Source of the DNA: Rhizaria sp. SCN 62-66
Taxonomy: Eukaryota
DNA length: 64,000 nucleotides
Assembly: GCA_001724265.1 (NCBI GenBank)
Contig: MEDY01000009.1
Coordinates: 186,001 to 250,000, forward strand
Reading direction: 5' to 3'
Shown piece by piece: positions 23,501 through 35,800 of the stretch. The notes beneath the pieces were generated by a model that was not told where the DNA came from, searched no databases, and saw only the letters and a list, made by a program, of their open reading frames with translations. The position numbers and the translations under genes were made by a program. Position 1 is the stretch's first letter; each line of letters opens with the position of its first letter.

Positions 23501-24043
23501 TGAGGCGGTTGCAGCTGCATAGTGATGTGGCTGATGCGGATACTGTGGTTGAGGGCCGTTATAACCATGGCTATTGTTGTTGTTGACTCTGTAGCTCTGT
23601 TCATGAGCAGGCGGCAACATCGGCCCATGCTGCTGCTGTAGGTAGTGCTCCTGTTGCTGACGCTGCTGTTGCTGCTGTTGGTAGAGTTGCTGTTGCTGCC
23701 ACTGCTGCTGGTGCTGGTCGCGCGGCGCGTGCACGGGCGCGTACCCGGCCGCGTAGTGCGGTGCGTGCTGCGCCAGTTGCCCGTGTACATGCTGCGAGCG
23801 CACAAACGCGTCGGGCGGCTGCGTGTACGCCGTCTGCACCGTCGCCGCGGGCAGCTGCGCGGCGACGCGGCGCTGCGCGGCCGGCGACGGCGCCGAGAGC
23901 AGCGCATCCAGGTGCGCGTCCAGTGGGTCGTGCTGGAACACCGCAGCCGAGCCCGGGGGCTGCGCGGGGAAGGGGCTGGGACCGGGGCCGGGTCGTGGGG
24001 CCGACTGTGGCGGCGTCTGGCGGGGGCGAGAAGCGCGGGACAT
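17546..24043 (-). CDS. Large Gln/Ala-rich low-complexity protein (about 2165 aa), function unknown, with one in-frame TAG
   Basis: ORF-track ORFs 22316-24241 and 17546-21985 share a frame and are separated only by TAG 22316-22318 inside a Q/E/R coiled coil. The 110 intervening codons have no other stop. ATG 24043 lies at the GC boundary. Ends TAA. Confidence 0.75.
22160..22245 (-). repeat. Poly-Gln (CAG/CAA) tract, one of many in 21030-23710
   Basis: (CTG/TTG)n on the + strand. Confidence 0.85.
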
Positions 24044-25975
24044 GGGCGCAGAACAAGCTCGGGCTGGGGCCTGAAAGTGGCTAGCTCGTGTTTCGTCAGT
24101 TAAAGCTTTGGTTTTAAGGAGAGTTTCGCGTGTGAGAGTTTTCTGTAGGCGTGTGCAGTGGAATGGGAGGTGAGCAAAAGGCCGGTGGGTTTCCCTTGGT
24201 GAGTGAGCTAGAAAACTAGATGTATCAAGATTCAGTGTCAACTTTACAACACTTCATCAAAATATTTAAAATATATCAATATCAGGTCATCTTAAATTTC
24301 AATTAAATGGTATGCCGACGAACATTAGAAGCAAATAAACCGATGAAACCGACTCGGGCGAAGCGACCACACAGCAACCGACACACCACCACTGTCGCGG
24401 AGAGGGACCGAAAAAACCTACTGAACTTCGAGTTCAATCCTAAATGTGTGACTTAATCATCTCAGCATCATGGAACAATTTGACCATTGTTTTAGTGCTG
24501 AATTGAAGTCATTTTTTCTAAATATAATGTTTGCCAATTGTGATATTCCGGTAATCACAGGCTGAACCGAACTAGCTTCACGAGTTTCCAAGATTTTCCC
24601 CAACACTTAAGCTTATTAAATATCGACCCCGCAACACTTTGCAATATAAAAAATATACACAATACAAATACAATTAATGAGAAAACGTAGCGGATATCAA
24701 GAATTCTCTGTTATTTCGCACACTATTCAAAACTAAGCACAGTTCTAGTGAGTGTTGGGATGGGACTAGGAGGCAAAAATGCACATTGGACGCAGTGCAG
24801 CAACTTCGCGACTGCTGTGGCATAGAACTCACAGGAACTCCGCTGCGGAGTCAATAATATAACGCACATAAATTACAGATGCAGGTAGTGTGATAATAAA
24901 CGCGACATAACATGCTGTTCGAGTCTGAGCTCTGTATCGTGCTTCAGAGGATTGTCCGCAACTGTCTAGAACTGGAGCAATGTAACCAACAACACGTTCA
25001 TAAACGCATCAAGTAGCTTGCCATCATTTTTTTGCCAGTGCGCACGCTCTTGTTCATTACATACATCGCCTGACCGTTCAGCTCACCAACGTGGCATGAT
25101 GCGCCACAACTTGTGGACGCCGAACACAAGCCATGGTTGGAAACAACCCTCGCTGGATTGGGCGTGAGATAAGTTTTAAGTTTAACACAACATTAACAAA
25201 ATGACTTTGAACAATGTCAGAAACTTGAAGTTACCAGGGTCAGTATTATTGCTGATACTCATGTTTACTATTGCTGATGCTCATGTTTACTGGGTGTATT
25301 TCATCACGCAGCCTTGCGTTACTCAATCGTTAGATTCGCATTACCTTTTAACACAGGTAGAAATGTACCTGACATCATTACAACAATTTTACTTGCAGAA
25401 AGGCACCGGGTGGGCGGATCTATATTTGGAGGTTTTGGTATCATTCGGATGTTGTGACAGTGGTGATGTGGTGCGTACACAATCGCATCGGTGATTTGAC
25501 CATGTATCCTGATACGGTGAAGACAACCCACGAAGAAGCGCAGTGCCAATAAGATAACAACTGTCCCGACAAATATCCGCGACACAAGTGAATACGCGTG
25601 TGTTGGTCGACGCGTGATTGCAGGCCTAGTTAGGCCTGCAACCACTACAAAAATGGAGACGCATACGATGAACTTGCGAGTATTACGGCCCCGCAAAAAT
25701 ATAATATACTAAACTAACTAAATTATACGACACCGCGGATATCTACTTCATGAGGTTCTATGGATTGGCATATTCACACTTTCTTCTGAAATCTGTCGCC
25801 TGAATACAAGTGCCAACTAGTTCTGAGCGTGTTTAAAAGCTACTTACGTCGAGACGATGAATCCGTTGTTACTGCTATATGACTATTGCTAAGTTGTACG
25901 ATCTTATATCCTATTTGGGTTTCTTTTTATATTTTCGCATCCGTTTCTTACAGCTCGCTAGCTCGTGCAACAGCA

Positions 25976-28900
25976 ATGAACCCCCTCTTCCCGGAGGAGG
26001 AGGGCTCGGCGTTCTCCCTGGGCGACACTGACACACTTGTCCGCGATGCTATCTCAGCTCTGCTTATGACCCCTGCTGCTCTGGGACCTGCTTCCAACCC
26101 AGCGTCGACTCAAGATATGATCGGCCCTCCACTGCCGCCTTCCGCCGCTCTTGCAACGACCTCGACCGCGACTGCGTCAGAGGCCGCGACAACGACCTCT
26201 GCGTATGCTGCTAGCACAACCAGTTCGTCCCTCGCGCCAGACATGATGCATGCAACGTCGTCGAGTATGTCCCCACCCGTGTCCGCACCCGTCGCCGTGT
26301 CTCTTTTGGCGAGCACCGCCGTCGGCAGCGCTGCCGCAGCCGCGTCGTCGTCGCAGATCTATGCAGCCAGTGCGAGCTCCAGCCTTCGCTCGGCCGGCTA
26401 CCTCAGCGGCATCAGCTCCAGCAGCAGCTCCAGCAGCGCCTCGTCGAGCGACAACGACTCGACGGACTGGTCTGACTCTGACGACGAGCTCAACCTCGCC
26501 GGCCTGCCCTCCGGCGGCCTCAAGCCGCCGCCCGCCTCGAATTCCTCCGCCATCAGTGCGGCGACCGGCGCAGCAACCCCCGCGGACCGCGCGGCGGCAT
26601 CGCTGCTGCGGCGTGAAAACCCCGGTCCGCTGCTGCGCGCGCTGGCTCCACTGTACGCCTCGCAGACGTTCCTGGGCCTGGTGGCGACGCGCGCGCAGCC
26701 GCGCGAGACGACGCAGCCGCTGGTGGACCGCACGATGGCGCTGGGCACGCGCTTCGTCTACTTCTCCCGCGAGGACGAGCGGCACACGCACACATTTGGC
26801 GCCAAGATCAACCTCTTCACGGGGTTTAACCACTTCATCTCGTTGCGTGACCCCGTTGACGCGGCCGAGGAGGAGCTCTTCATGGGCAAATCGCGGCTCC
26901 CGCGCGGCGTCGCGGCGCTGCGCCGCCACCTGGCCGAGGTTGACAACGTGCCGCTGCTGGTCTCGCTCTTCTGCGACGCCACTGCGCCGCGCGTGCGCGC
27001 CATGCTGGGGCTGTACCACGAGCAGGCCGTGGCCGTCGTCGCGCTCGCGTCGGCACTGCACCTGCGCAACGCCGCGCCCGCCGCCGAGGCCGACGTCGCC
27101 GTCGCCGTCGATCCCGAGCGCGTCGAGCCCTGCGTGCACCGGCGTTTTGCGGGCGTGCTGCATCCCACGCACGTCGCGTCGCTGCTCGCGGAGGACCCAG
27201 ACCCCAGCGACACCGAGAGCGACAGCGACAGCGACATCGACTCAGAGTCTAGTTCAGAGTCGAACGCTGCGGCTGTCGCTGACGTGAGCAGTCAAGCTGG
27301 CGCCGCTGCGAGGAGCGGGCAGAGGAGCCTCGCCGACGGTCATCTCGGGCCGAGCCAAGGTCCGGCCGGAGCCGTGGCACATCAGAGCAACAGCCACACT
27401 TACACTCACCGTCACCATGGTCCGCACAATAGTGAGGGCCGTGTCGGCGTCGCGTCCGCGCTGGGCGGACTCGAAGAGGAAGATGAAGATGTCGCCATCA
27501 ACAGTGATAGCAACGGCGACCTGTTCGCCCCGGCGGCTGAAGCGCCAGCAGTGACGTCGTCTGGCCCCAACAAACTTGCCGAGACTGGACCGCTTCTGCT
27601 CTTTGCATCAGCAATGCCTGCGGCTGTCGCGGCCGATGCGGCGCTCAGCCCGACTCTAGACCGCCCTTCACTGCCGGACGCAGAGACTGACTCCGACCAA
27701 GCGCGCGCCCGTCGTAATGCCCGTCGCAGCAAGGGCTTCTTGAGCTGCTTCCGGAGCAAGCGACGTCGGTCTGCCAATAGTAACAGGTCGTTCACGGACT
27801 CTATCATGTTTTGGCGTTCATCAAGCTCGACTGCGAATGCTTACAACAGTAATGCCGTGCATAACAGGGCTGCAAGCAGTAAGCACTACATCAAGCCAAA
27901 CGCCAGCATTTCCCAAGAAACCCACGACGTTGATGCCAACGCCGCCGTGGCTCCCGCGGCGCCGTCGCTGTCGAACGCGCCCGCGCTGCTGCCGTGGCTG
28001 GGCTTCGACGGCAACGCCACGCGCACGCTGGTCTCGCTGTCGTCGGCGCTGCGGCTGCCGGTCTTCGCGACGGCGCACGTGGCCGTAGTCGCCGCGGCCG
28101 CGCGCGTGCTGCAAGAGGGCCACCGCCAGGCCGTGTGCTTCGTCGCCTGCGCGGGCGCTGCGCTGACGGGCGTGCAGGCCGTCTCGCTCGTGGCGGGGCT
28201 GCCGGCCGTGCTGCCCGTCGGCGGCGTCGTGTATCTGCTCGCCGTGGTGCTGCCCGTGCTCGCCGCCGTTGTCATGGTGGGCGATCCGTCGGCCACGGCG
28301 CCAGTGCCGGTCACGGCCGCCGGCGGCGCTGGCGGCGCGGGAACCTTCGACGACGACGACGACGATGACGACGACGATGACGATGACGACGACTACGACG
28401 ACGATTATGCTGACGGCAAGTCTCGCAGCAGCAGCAGCAGCAGCAGTAGCAGCAGCAGTAGCAGCAGCAGTAGCAGTAGCAGTAGTAGCCGCAGCAGCCA
28501 CAGCCGCCGCGCCCGCAAGCACAAGCGCGAGTCATCCGCCAGCAGCCTCCCCGCCCTGCCCGCCGCGTCTGCAGGCATCGGCGGCGCGCGCCCAGACGGC
28601 GGCGGCAGCGCGCGCGGCAAGCCCCTCTCCTCCCGCAGCGCGGGCTCCCCGGCCGCGCTCGCGGCGGCTGCAGAGCGCCGCGCCGCGCGCCGGCAAGCGC
28701 GCCAGTGGGACAAGCGGCGCTCGCACCTGAACCGCACGGGCCGCTACACTGTGGGCGGGCTGCTCGAGGCGCCGCCACCGCGTAACGACCTGCACGAGGA
28801 GGACACGCTCAACACGCGCTCCGTGGCGCGCTACGCGGCGTGGCTCTCACTGCCGTCCGCCGTTGTCGCCTTCGTCGTCTGGATCGTGCTGCTGTTTGCG

Positions 28901-29761
28901 CTGAGCAACGCCGACGCCGTCGCCGCGCTGCCGCCGCTGGCCGCCGACGCGCTCGCGCCGTCTCTGCCCGCAGCGGCCGCGGATGAGGGCGTCGCCTACT
29001 GGCGGCTCGGCGCCACCGCCAACGACTACCTCACGCGGTTTTACCTCTACGGCCGCGGCGCCCCGCGCAGCAACCTTGCGCCCGCGGTGTCTTTGTGGAC
29101 GCAGCCCGCGGAGGTGGACGCCGCGGGCGCGCGCTGGCGCTGCGTGCGCCGCGGGACTGTCTCGGATAGCTCTGCGACCGTGCCCACGAAGGACACGGTT
29201 TGCGCTGACGAGGACATGCTGCGCCAGTCGTCCCTGGTCGCGGTTGTTGCCGCTGGGCCAGAGAGCGACCCGGTCTACGCGCGCGGCCTGTACTCGATTC
29301 AGTGGATTATGACCGTGCTGCTGACTCTGTTCCTCTGCACCGGCGCGGCCACGGCGCTGTCGCGGTCGCGCTCGCTCAAGAACGTTCCTGTCACACACCA
29401 GTCGCGGCTCTGGCTGCCCGCATCCATCGCGCTCTGCGCGGTCGCAACCGCGCTTGCGCTGGCGGGCATGGGCGGCGACTTGCTCACAGTGCGCGGCGTG
29501 CGCAACAACAGCGGCGCCGCGGAGGGCAGCGGCGACTCCGGTGTCGAGGGGCTGCAGATCAGCGCGTCGACCGGTGTTTTGCTCGCTGGTCCCGTCGTCG
29601 GCGCTGTAGTCGCCGCGGTGGGGTGGGCCATTGTGGGCACGTTTTTCATCGACTATTGGGTGAAGCGGTGGTATGCTGAGGAGTTGGCGAATAGTGCTCG
29701 GGACCGTGTGCTTGACTTCAACACGCAGCTCGGGATGCACTCGCCCGTTGGCAGGAACTAA
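25976..29761 (+). CDS. TMEM94: TMEM94 (KIAA0195)-like membrane protein, C-terminal part recognisable
   Basis: QTFLGLV...RFVYFSREDE...GFNHFISL, SRLPRGV...HLAEVDNVPLLVSLFCD and terminal LDFNTQLGMHSP resemble TMEM94 motifs as I recall them. Several hydrophobic helices. Ends TAA. Start codon uncertain. Confidence 0.82.
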   Translation: MNPLFPEEEGSAFSLGDTDTLVRDAISALLMTPAALGPASNPASTQDMIGPPLPPSAALATTSTATASEAATTTSAYAASTTSSSLAPDMMHATSSSMSPPVSAPVAVSLLASTAVGSAAAAASSSQIYAASASSSLRSAGYLSGISSSSSSSSASSSDNDSTDWSDSDDELNLAGLPSGGLKPPPASNSSAISAATGAATPADRAAASLLRRENPGPLLRALAPLYASQTFLGLVATRAQPRETTQPLVDRTMALGTRFVYFSREDERHTHTFGAKINLFTGFNHFISLRDPVDAAEEELFMGKSRLPRGVAALRRHLAEVDNVPLLVSLFCDATAPRVRAMLGLYHEQAVAVVALASALHLRNAAPAAEADVAVAVDPERVEPCVHRRFAGVLHPTHVASLLAEDPDPSDTESDSDSDIDSESSSESNAAAVADVSSQAGAAARSGQRSLADGHLGPSQGPAGAVAHQSNSHTYTHRHHGPHNSEGRVGVASALGGLEEEDEDVAINSDSNGDLFAPAAEAPAVTSSGPNKLAETGPLLLFASAMPAAVAADAALSPTLDRPSLPDAETDSDQARARRNARRSKGFLSCFRSKRRRSANSNRSFTDSIMFWRSSSSTANAYNSNAVHNRAASSKHYIKPNASISQETHDVDANAAVAPAAPSLSNAPALLPWLGFDGNATRTLVSLSSALRLPVFATAHVAVVAAAARVLQEGHRQAVCFVACAGAALTGVQAVSLVAGLPAVLPVGGVVYLLAVVLPVLAAVVMVGDPSATAPVPVTAAGGAGGAGTFDDDDDDDDDDDDDDDYDDDYADGKSRSSSSSSSSSSSSSSSSSSSSSRSSHSRRARKHKRESSASSLPALPAASAGIGGARPDGGGSARGKPLSSRSAGSPAALAAAAERRAARRQARQWDKRRSHLNRTGRYTVGGLLEAPPPRNDLHEEDTLNTRSVARYAAWLSLPSAVVAFVVWIVLLFALSNADAVAALPPLAADALAPSLPAAAADEGVAYWRLGATANDYLTRFYLYGRGAPRSNLAPAVSLWTQPAEVDAAGARWRCVRRGTVSDSSATVPTKDTVCADEDMLRQSSLVAVVAAGPESDPVYARGLYSIQWIMTVLLTLFLCTGAATALSRSRSLKNVPVTHQSRLWLPASIALCAVATALALAGMGGDLLTVRGVRNNSGAAEGSGDSGVEGLQISASTGVLLAGPVVGAVVAAVGWAIVGTFFIDYWVKRWYAEELANSARDRVLDFNTQLGMHSPVGRN
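28349..28489 (+). repeat. Coding trinucleotide repeats (GAC/GAT)n and (AGC/AGT)n: poly-Asp and poly-Ser
   Basis: Visible tandem triplets inside the TMEM94-like CDS. Confidence 0.9.
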
Positions 29762-29873
29762 GAATATGATGGAATGAATTACAAAGGTGTATTAATGGTT
29801 TAATCTAGAGTAATCAAATGTTATTTAAGCGATACATAGTCTTTTTCTTTTGCATACGTATTCTAATGCACTG

Positions 29874-32800
29874 TTAGTTCTGATCAACGTTCTCATCACA
29901 CATGAGGAGGCAGTGCAGTAACATGCTCCTTTGCTCGCGCGTCATGCGCGGCCACATCATGGCACTCATCAACGCCCAACGCCCCGAGCTCGCGGCATTC
30001 CCAGCGGCTCCATGTGCAGTCGCATTTTCGTACTCGGTGCGCAGAGACTTCCCGTCATAGCCACCAAGCCGCAGCTTCACAGCGATGGTGCGCGCACGGG
30101 TGATCTCCGACAAACGTGCTGTCGCGGCAGCGGAAACCGGTTGCAGCCAGGGCTGAAGATCGTGGTAGCGACACGCACATGCACACAGCGCAGATGCAAA
30201 CGATGCGTTGCGTGAGAGGTTGAAGCCTTCCTTATGCGTTGCCTTGCGCAACATCATCTTCGCACTTCTGATCGACGACAACAACAAGTCGTCAACCTCA
30301 CGGCCTGTTAGTAGATACTGCAGCGCTTGTGACAACGCATCACGCAGATTGCGCGGTAGCAATGCAGCACCGAGTGCGCCGACCGCAGCGTCGTTGTCCT
30401 CAACAAGAGCCTTCAAAGCAGAGACTGCAGCAACACTCGGTGGCGTGTCAGTAGGCACCATACCAGCAGCAAAAGAAGGTAACGCAGGCGGTGCAGGAAG
30501 CGCAGCATTCGCGTATGCGCCACTAGCGCGAGCAAGTGCAACAATCTCAGCACTCATTGTAGAGCGTGCAGCCGTGGCAGCCGCACGCGCACGCGACGCG
30601 GCGTGCGCTGCGTTGACGAGGGCGCGCGCTTCAGCGACACAGGCGATTGTGAGCAGCGCCCAGCGCACGAGCGCCTGCGATGCGGCGAGCGGCGACGGGA
30701 GCAGCGAGGGCGCAAGCGGCGGTGCGGCGATAGGCCCCGAGTCGGCGGCACACGTGGACGCTGTGGCAGGCAGCGCGGTGAGCAGCAGAGACGCTGGTGC
30801 AGGGGGAGCGAGCGCGAGGGCGGTGGTAGTGGAGCCGCGGAGCGAGATCAGGCTCAGGCCGGGCGTGGTGAGCGTCAGCACTCGGGTGCGCAGTGGAATG
30901 CTATCGCCATTTGAGATCGCAAACTTGGGCGTAGGCTTGGATTTAGCTTTGCTTGGGACCGCCGCTGCAGTCGAATCACCACACAGAGCGCGGCACTCAG
31001 CAGCCCACTCAGAGAGTCGCTGCCTGTAGCTCGTCAGTGCGATCGCAACATCAGCCGCGCCGACGGCATTCGCGCTGTTGATCGCGACAGTCAACGCGTC
31101 GCCAGAGGAGGTGGAGGAGGTGTTCGCAGACTGGGGAGGCAGGGCGCGCGCGACGGTGAGCGCGAGAAGAGGCAGCGCCCGGCGGCCGAGGTGATCGATC
31201 GACGCTTGCAATTGAGGGCTGAAGCTAACACGTGCGGTTGCAGCCACAGTTGTCGTGCTTTGAACAAGGGTTGTGTTGGCCAACCAGGACACCGTGCTGT
31301 CCTCAGTAGTAGCGGCACCAGATGCAGCTTCCGTCACAGATCCAGAGGAGGGGGCACATACAATGGAGTCGTCAGCATCCGCACCAGCAAGTGTGGGAAC
31401 TGCTTGCACAAAGATGACACGGCGATGCATGATCAGCTCGAAATCAGCCGATTTGTCGCCCGGGTAAAGATTCAACGGCAAATAGCCGGGGGCGGCAACA
31501 TTGAGCTCGGTCACGTGCTCCAGCGGCGGCAGCAGACACGGCGTCTTAAGCGCGATCTTCCTGAACCCCTCCGCAGTGACTTCGCCACCGCAACCCGCAC
31601 CGGGCTTGATGGAGACCGCGATGGGCAGCGACACAGGGGCGCCCGTGGCGGCATCGACCGTGCAGACCCAGCGCGTGACGGTGGCGAGCGGCAGCACGGT
31701 GCGCAGCAGCACGGGCACAGCGCCCAGCCCGCGCGGCCCGCCCCACGGCGGCAGCGCAGTCAGCAGCGCCGTCGCCATCGTCGCGCGGCACGGCAGCACG
31801 ACACCCGAGGTCGGGCAGCGCGAGAACGCCGGCCGCAGCGCCGCGCGCCCGGCGCCGAGCGTGAGCAGGCCGATCGCGGCGGCAGCGGCGCCGTGCGCGC
31901 TGTGCAGCGCCGACACGTGGTCCTCGTTGAGCTCGGCCGAGTTGCGCGGGATGGACGACGGCAGCGGGGCGTAGCGCGCGGCGCGCAGCAGCCGCATCGC
32001 GCCCGGGTCCGCCGTGCCCGAGAGCACGAGCGCGAGCGCGAGGGACGCGCTGGCGACGGCCGCGGCGAGCGTCGTCGAGTCGGCGCCGGGGCCGGACAGG
32101 CGCGCGCGGGGCAGGGGGGGCAGGTGCGTGCGCGCCCACAGCGTCAGCGCGGCGGCGTAGTAGAAGTCGTCGTTGGCGTTCATCCCCGAGTGTGCCTGCG
32201 CGGCCTGCGCGGGCAGCACGCCACGGTGCTGAGCGAGCAGGTCCGCGCGCGTCGGCACGGGCACACGGCACACCCGCGCCCACGCGAGCCAAATGGACGC
32301 GCGCGCACGGGCGTTGGCGCTCCAGAGCGAGCGCTCGTGCGAGCAGCCGGGAAGCGTGGGGAGTGACAATACGAGCGTGTTATTGTTGCCGTGTTCTGTC
32401 GCGCTCAGCTGCTCCCACTCCCACCCGAGGTCGGACTGGGCCGCCGCAGCAGGCTGCAGCTGGCGCGGCTTCAGCAGCGGTGCGCCGGACACCCAGTCGA
32501 CTGCACGCCAGTCCTTGGCGCCAGCGCCAGTGCCGCTGTGAGTCGGCGGGAACAGGCCAGAAGAGCCGATTGCACCGGACCGCGCGTACGGGGACGCAGA
32601 TGCGTTGATTGCACGCACCGCAGCAGCGGCATCAGCGGTGAGTGAAACAGGCTTCGTACTCTCACCCACAGGCCTCGCCTTTGACTCTTCGCTGTCATCA
32701 TCATCGCCGTTGTCAGATGCATCCGCATTATAAGCAGCGTTATCGGCGTCAATATCCTTGGCGTCCTGACGGCGCAGCGCCAGGAGCGCGGAGAGATAGT

Positions 32801-35800
32801 GCGCCAGGAGACGGGCTGCCTTGACGCTGCCAGTGCCGGCGTGCGTCACACCGAGCGCTAGCAGTGCGGCAGAGAGCGACTGCAAATAGAGCTGGCGCGC
32901 GGCATTTGGAGAGAAGCCGGACGACAGCGCAGAGTCAACAGACGAAAGAGTGTCCGCGCACTCAGGCGCACCAGCGAGGCCGTTGTATGACGCAGACAGA
33001 ATTGTGTAGTCGCTGCCATCGTCTTCGAAGGGCGCCGCGATCTCGACGACCGACATCGCCACTGCATCGGGGATCTGCCTGCGCACCCACCGCGCGGTGG
33101 GCTCCACCCACACGCCGGCCCCCGCTTCCTTACTATCGGCGGCAGCGGGGGCGGGTCCGGCAATAAGCGCGCGCGCGAGCACGCGGTGCCACGTCGTCGC
33201 CGCGATGCCCGCGGCCGCGGTGCGAGGGTCCACGGGTGCGCCTACCGTCGCGCGTAGCGCCAGAGCCGCGGGCGCGGGCGCAGTCGCCAGGTGCGCCAGC
33301 GTCAGCGCCAGCAGCGCGGCGGGTGCGGCCACGGTGACGTCGATGGGGGCGCTGGCGTAGGCCGCAGTGGCCGGGGAGGCGGCGCCTGTGGCGATCGCGG
33401 CAGCGGTGGCTGCGGCTGCTGCGGCGTCAGCGTCAGCGCCAGCGCCAACACCCGTGTTAGCGACAGTGTGCGCAGCAGCGTTGGCGTTAAGGCCAGTGCA
33501 CTTGAGCAGCAACGCGCGGAGACCGACTGACCAGGCACCAAGCGTGCGCTGCTGCTGCGCCTGTTGTTGTTGCTGCTTCTGCCGCTGCTTGCGCTGCTGC
33601 TGCGAACGCCCCCGCACCGACAGCGTCGCATCGGAAGCAGCGTCGGACTCGGCGTCATTGTTCGCAGCGTTGGCGCCAGCGACGTCGTCACCCAAGCCGA
33701 GCAGCACGAGCCCGAGGCCGGCGGCCGCGCTCATGGCCATGCCCTCGCGCTCGCGCTGCGAGCCTAGCATGCCGCCGAGCGACGCTGCCGCCGCTGCGGC
33801 CGCTGCGGACACGCCGCCACCGCCGCCGCTGAAGAGCACCGTTGCGCCATTGGCCGAGGCGGAGCCCAGCGGGGCGCGCGCGCCCTGCGCCGTCATGAGC
33901 CTGTGCAGGCAGAGTTCGGCGGCGGGGCCGGAGCCGCGGCCGGCGTAGAGTAGCCCCAGCGCGAAGGGGACGGCGGCGAAGAGCAGCGGGTGGCGCAGCG
34001 TGTCGAGCGCGGCACCCATGGGCAGGCGCTCGGGCGCGCGCAGGTAGATCTGGCGCGCGACGAGCCCGGAGCCGGTGCCGAAGTGCGACGCCGCCAGCGC
34101 GGTGACCGTGGCGGCCAGCGCGATGGGGTCGTTCAGCGGGGCCGCCAGCAGCAGGTCGGACGGAGTGGCGCGCAGGTGGCCGCGAGCGCCGAGGCCCAGC
34201 AGGAAGCCGGCCAGGAAGGCGGGCGACGGCGGGCGTGCGGTCACGTCGCGCATCGCCGAGGCGAAAAGCGCGAGCGAGTGGCGGTGCGCGGCGAGTGCGG
34301 CCAGGTAGCTGCGCAGCAGCACCGACGACGACGGGTGCGGTGCGAGGTTTGTCACGCGCATCGTAGTCGCGGTGGCTGAAGGCGCAGATGTAGGAGCCGT
34401 CGGGCGTGACGCGGCAGCGTCGCTGTCCACAGTATTGGCGGCAAACGAAGGTAGTAAGAGCGACGAGCGGCGACGCTGCTTGCGAGTCACTTGATCATTC
34501 GAAGACTCCGAGTTTTGAGAACTCAGCGCCTTCTGTGCAACAGCCACCGCGGCGCTCGAGTGAGCAAGCTTACTCGCCGCGGCGGCGCAGAGAGCTTCCC
34601 AGCCCGGGGCCGCCCAGTAAGAAACGGCGACGGACCAGCCCTGCAGCAGCGAGGGCACGGCGTCGACCTCACCGGCCGACACGCGCAGGTCGTCCCACTT
34701 GGTGACCTCGCCCGCACCCAGCTGCGGCGTCAGCGCCGAGAGCGCGAACCCGGGGTTCGGCAGCGCAGTCAGCCGCAGCGCGGGCGGCGCGGCCGTGCCC
34801 AGCGTGTAGGCGCCACGGCCCCAGGGCAGCGAGAGCGTGCGCAGTCCGGCCAGGATCACGCGGTCCTTAAGCGCCTTGGCCAGCGTCTCGGCGTCCGTCG
34901 CGGAGGCGCGCGGGACGGTGACCGTGGGCAGCCGTGTCGTTGATAATGAGGCCTCCACGGCCGCCGTCAGCGTCGGGCATAGGCCGTGCGCGCAAGCGCG
35001 GCGCGCGGAGAGCAGGCCCTCCAGGTCGCTCGCGGGGGGCGCGGGCGGCAGCAGCGAGCGCAGCCACAGCCCGCCGGCTGCGGCCGCCGCAGCAGGAGCA
35101 CCAGCGCCGGCGCGAGCGCTGGCGGCCGCGGCGGGCTCGAAGGCGCCGGCGAGCGTCGTGGCGGAGCCGATTGCGACGGCACCAGACGCGCCAGTAGCGG
35201 ACGATGCAGTCGCCGCCGCCGCGGAGGCGAGCGCGGAGGCAGTGGCTTGCGTACCGATGCGGTGGAAGTGCGCGGTCGCAGCGCCCTCCGCCAGCGGCGC
35301 CGAGGCCGCGTACGGGTCCGACGGGTCGGGCAGGCCGAGCATGACGGCGTCGTCGGACACCGCGGGGATGCTGATGCTGCCCGCCGCGTCGCCACTGTAG
35401 GCTGAGAGCGGCGCCGCCGTGGCGAGGAACGGCAGCGCGCGGTCGGTGCGCGCGCGGGCAAAGGCGTCGGCGTGAGCGCCCCACATGAGCGGGTCCGTGA
35501 TGGCCAGCGCGCTCCAGGCGGCTGCGTCGGCCTCGGTGGCGCCCGCGGTGGCGGCATCATCATCAGCGTCGTCGTAGCCCTCCACTTGCTCCAGAGCGTC
35601 ACTGTCGCTGTCAGATTGAGGCTCGTCAGACATGTTCCTGATGGCAACAGTCTTGACGACAACAGCGGAAGCGGAGGTAACAGCTCCGGACTTAGCCTTC
35701 ACAGCGCGGCGACGTGCGGTGCGTATGCGGGTCAAGCGAGACGCTTCCTTCTTCACAGCAGCGACTACAGTCGCAGGGATGCCGTGAGCAGCGAGTTGCT

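Noticed and set aside
21030-23710. Dense tandem repeats that might suggest an array or satellite
   Set aside because: They are coding poly-Gln triplets with no repeat-spacer structure.
25201-25696. Short ORFs 25201-25494+ and 25319-25696- in the spacer
   Set aside because: AT-rich, without the host codon bias or any recognisable motif.
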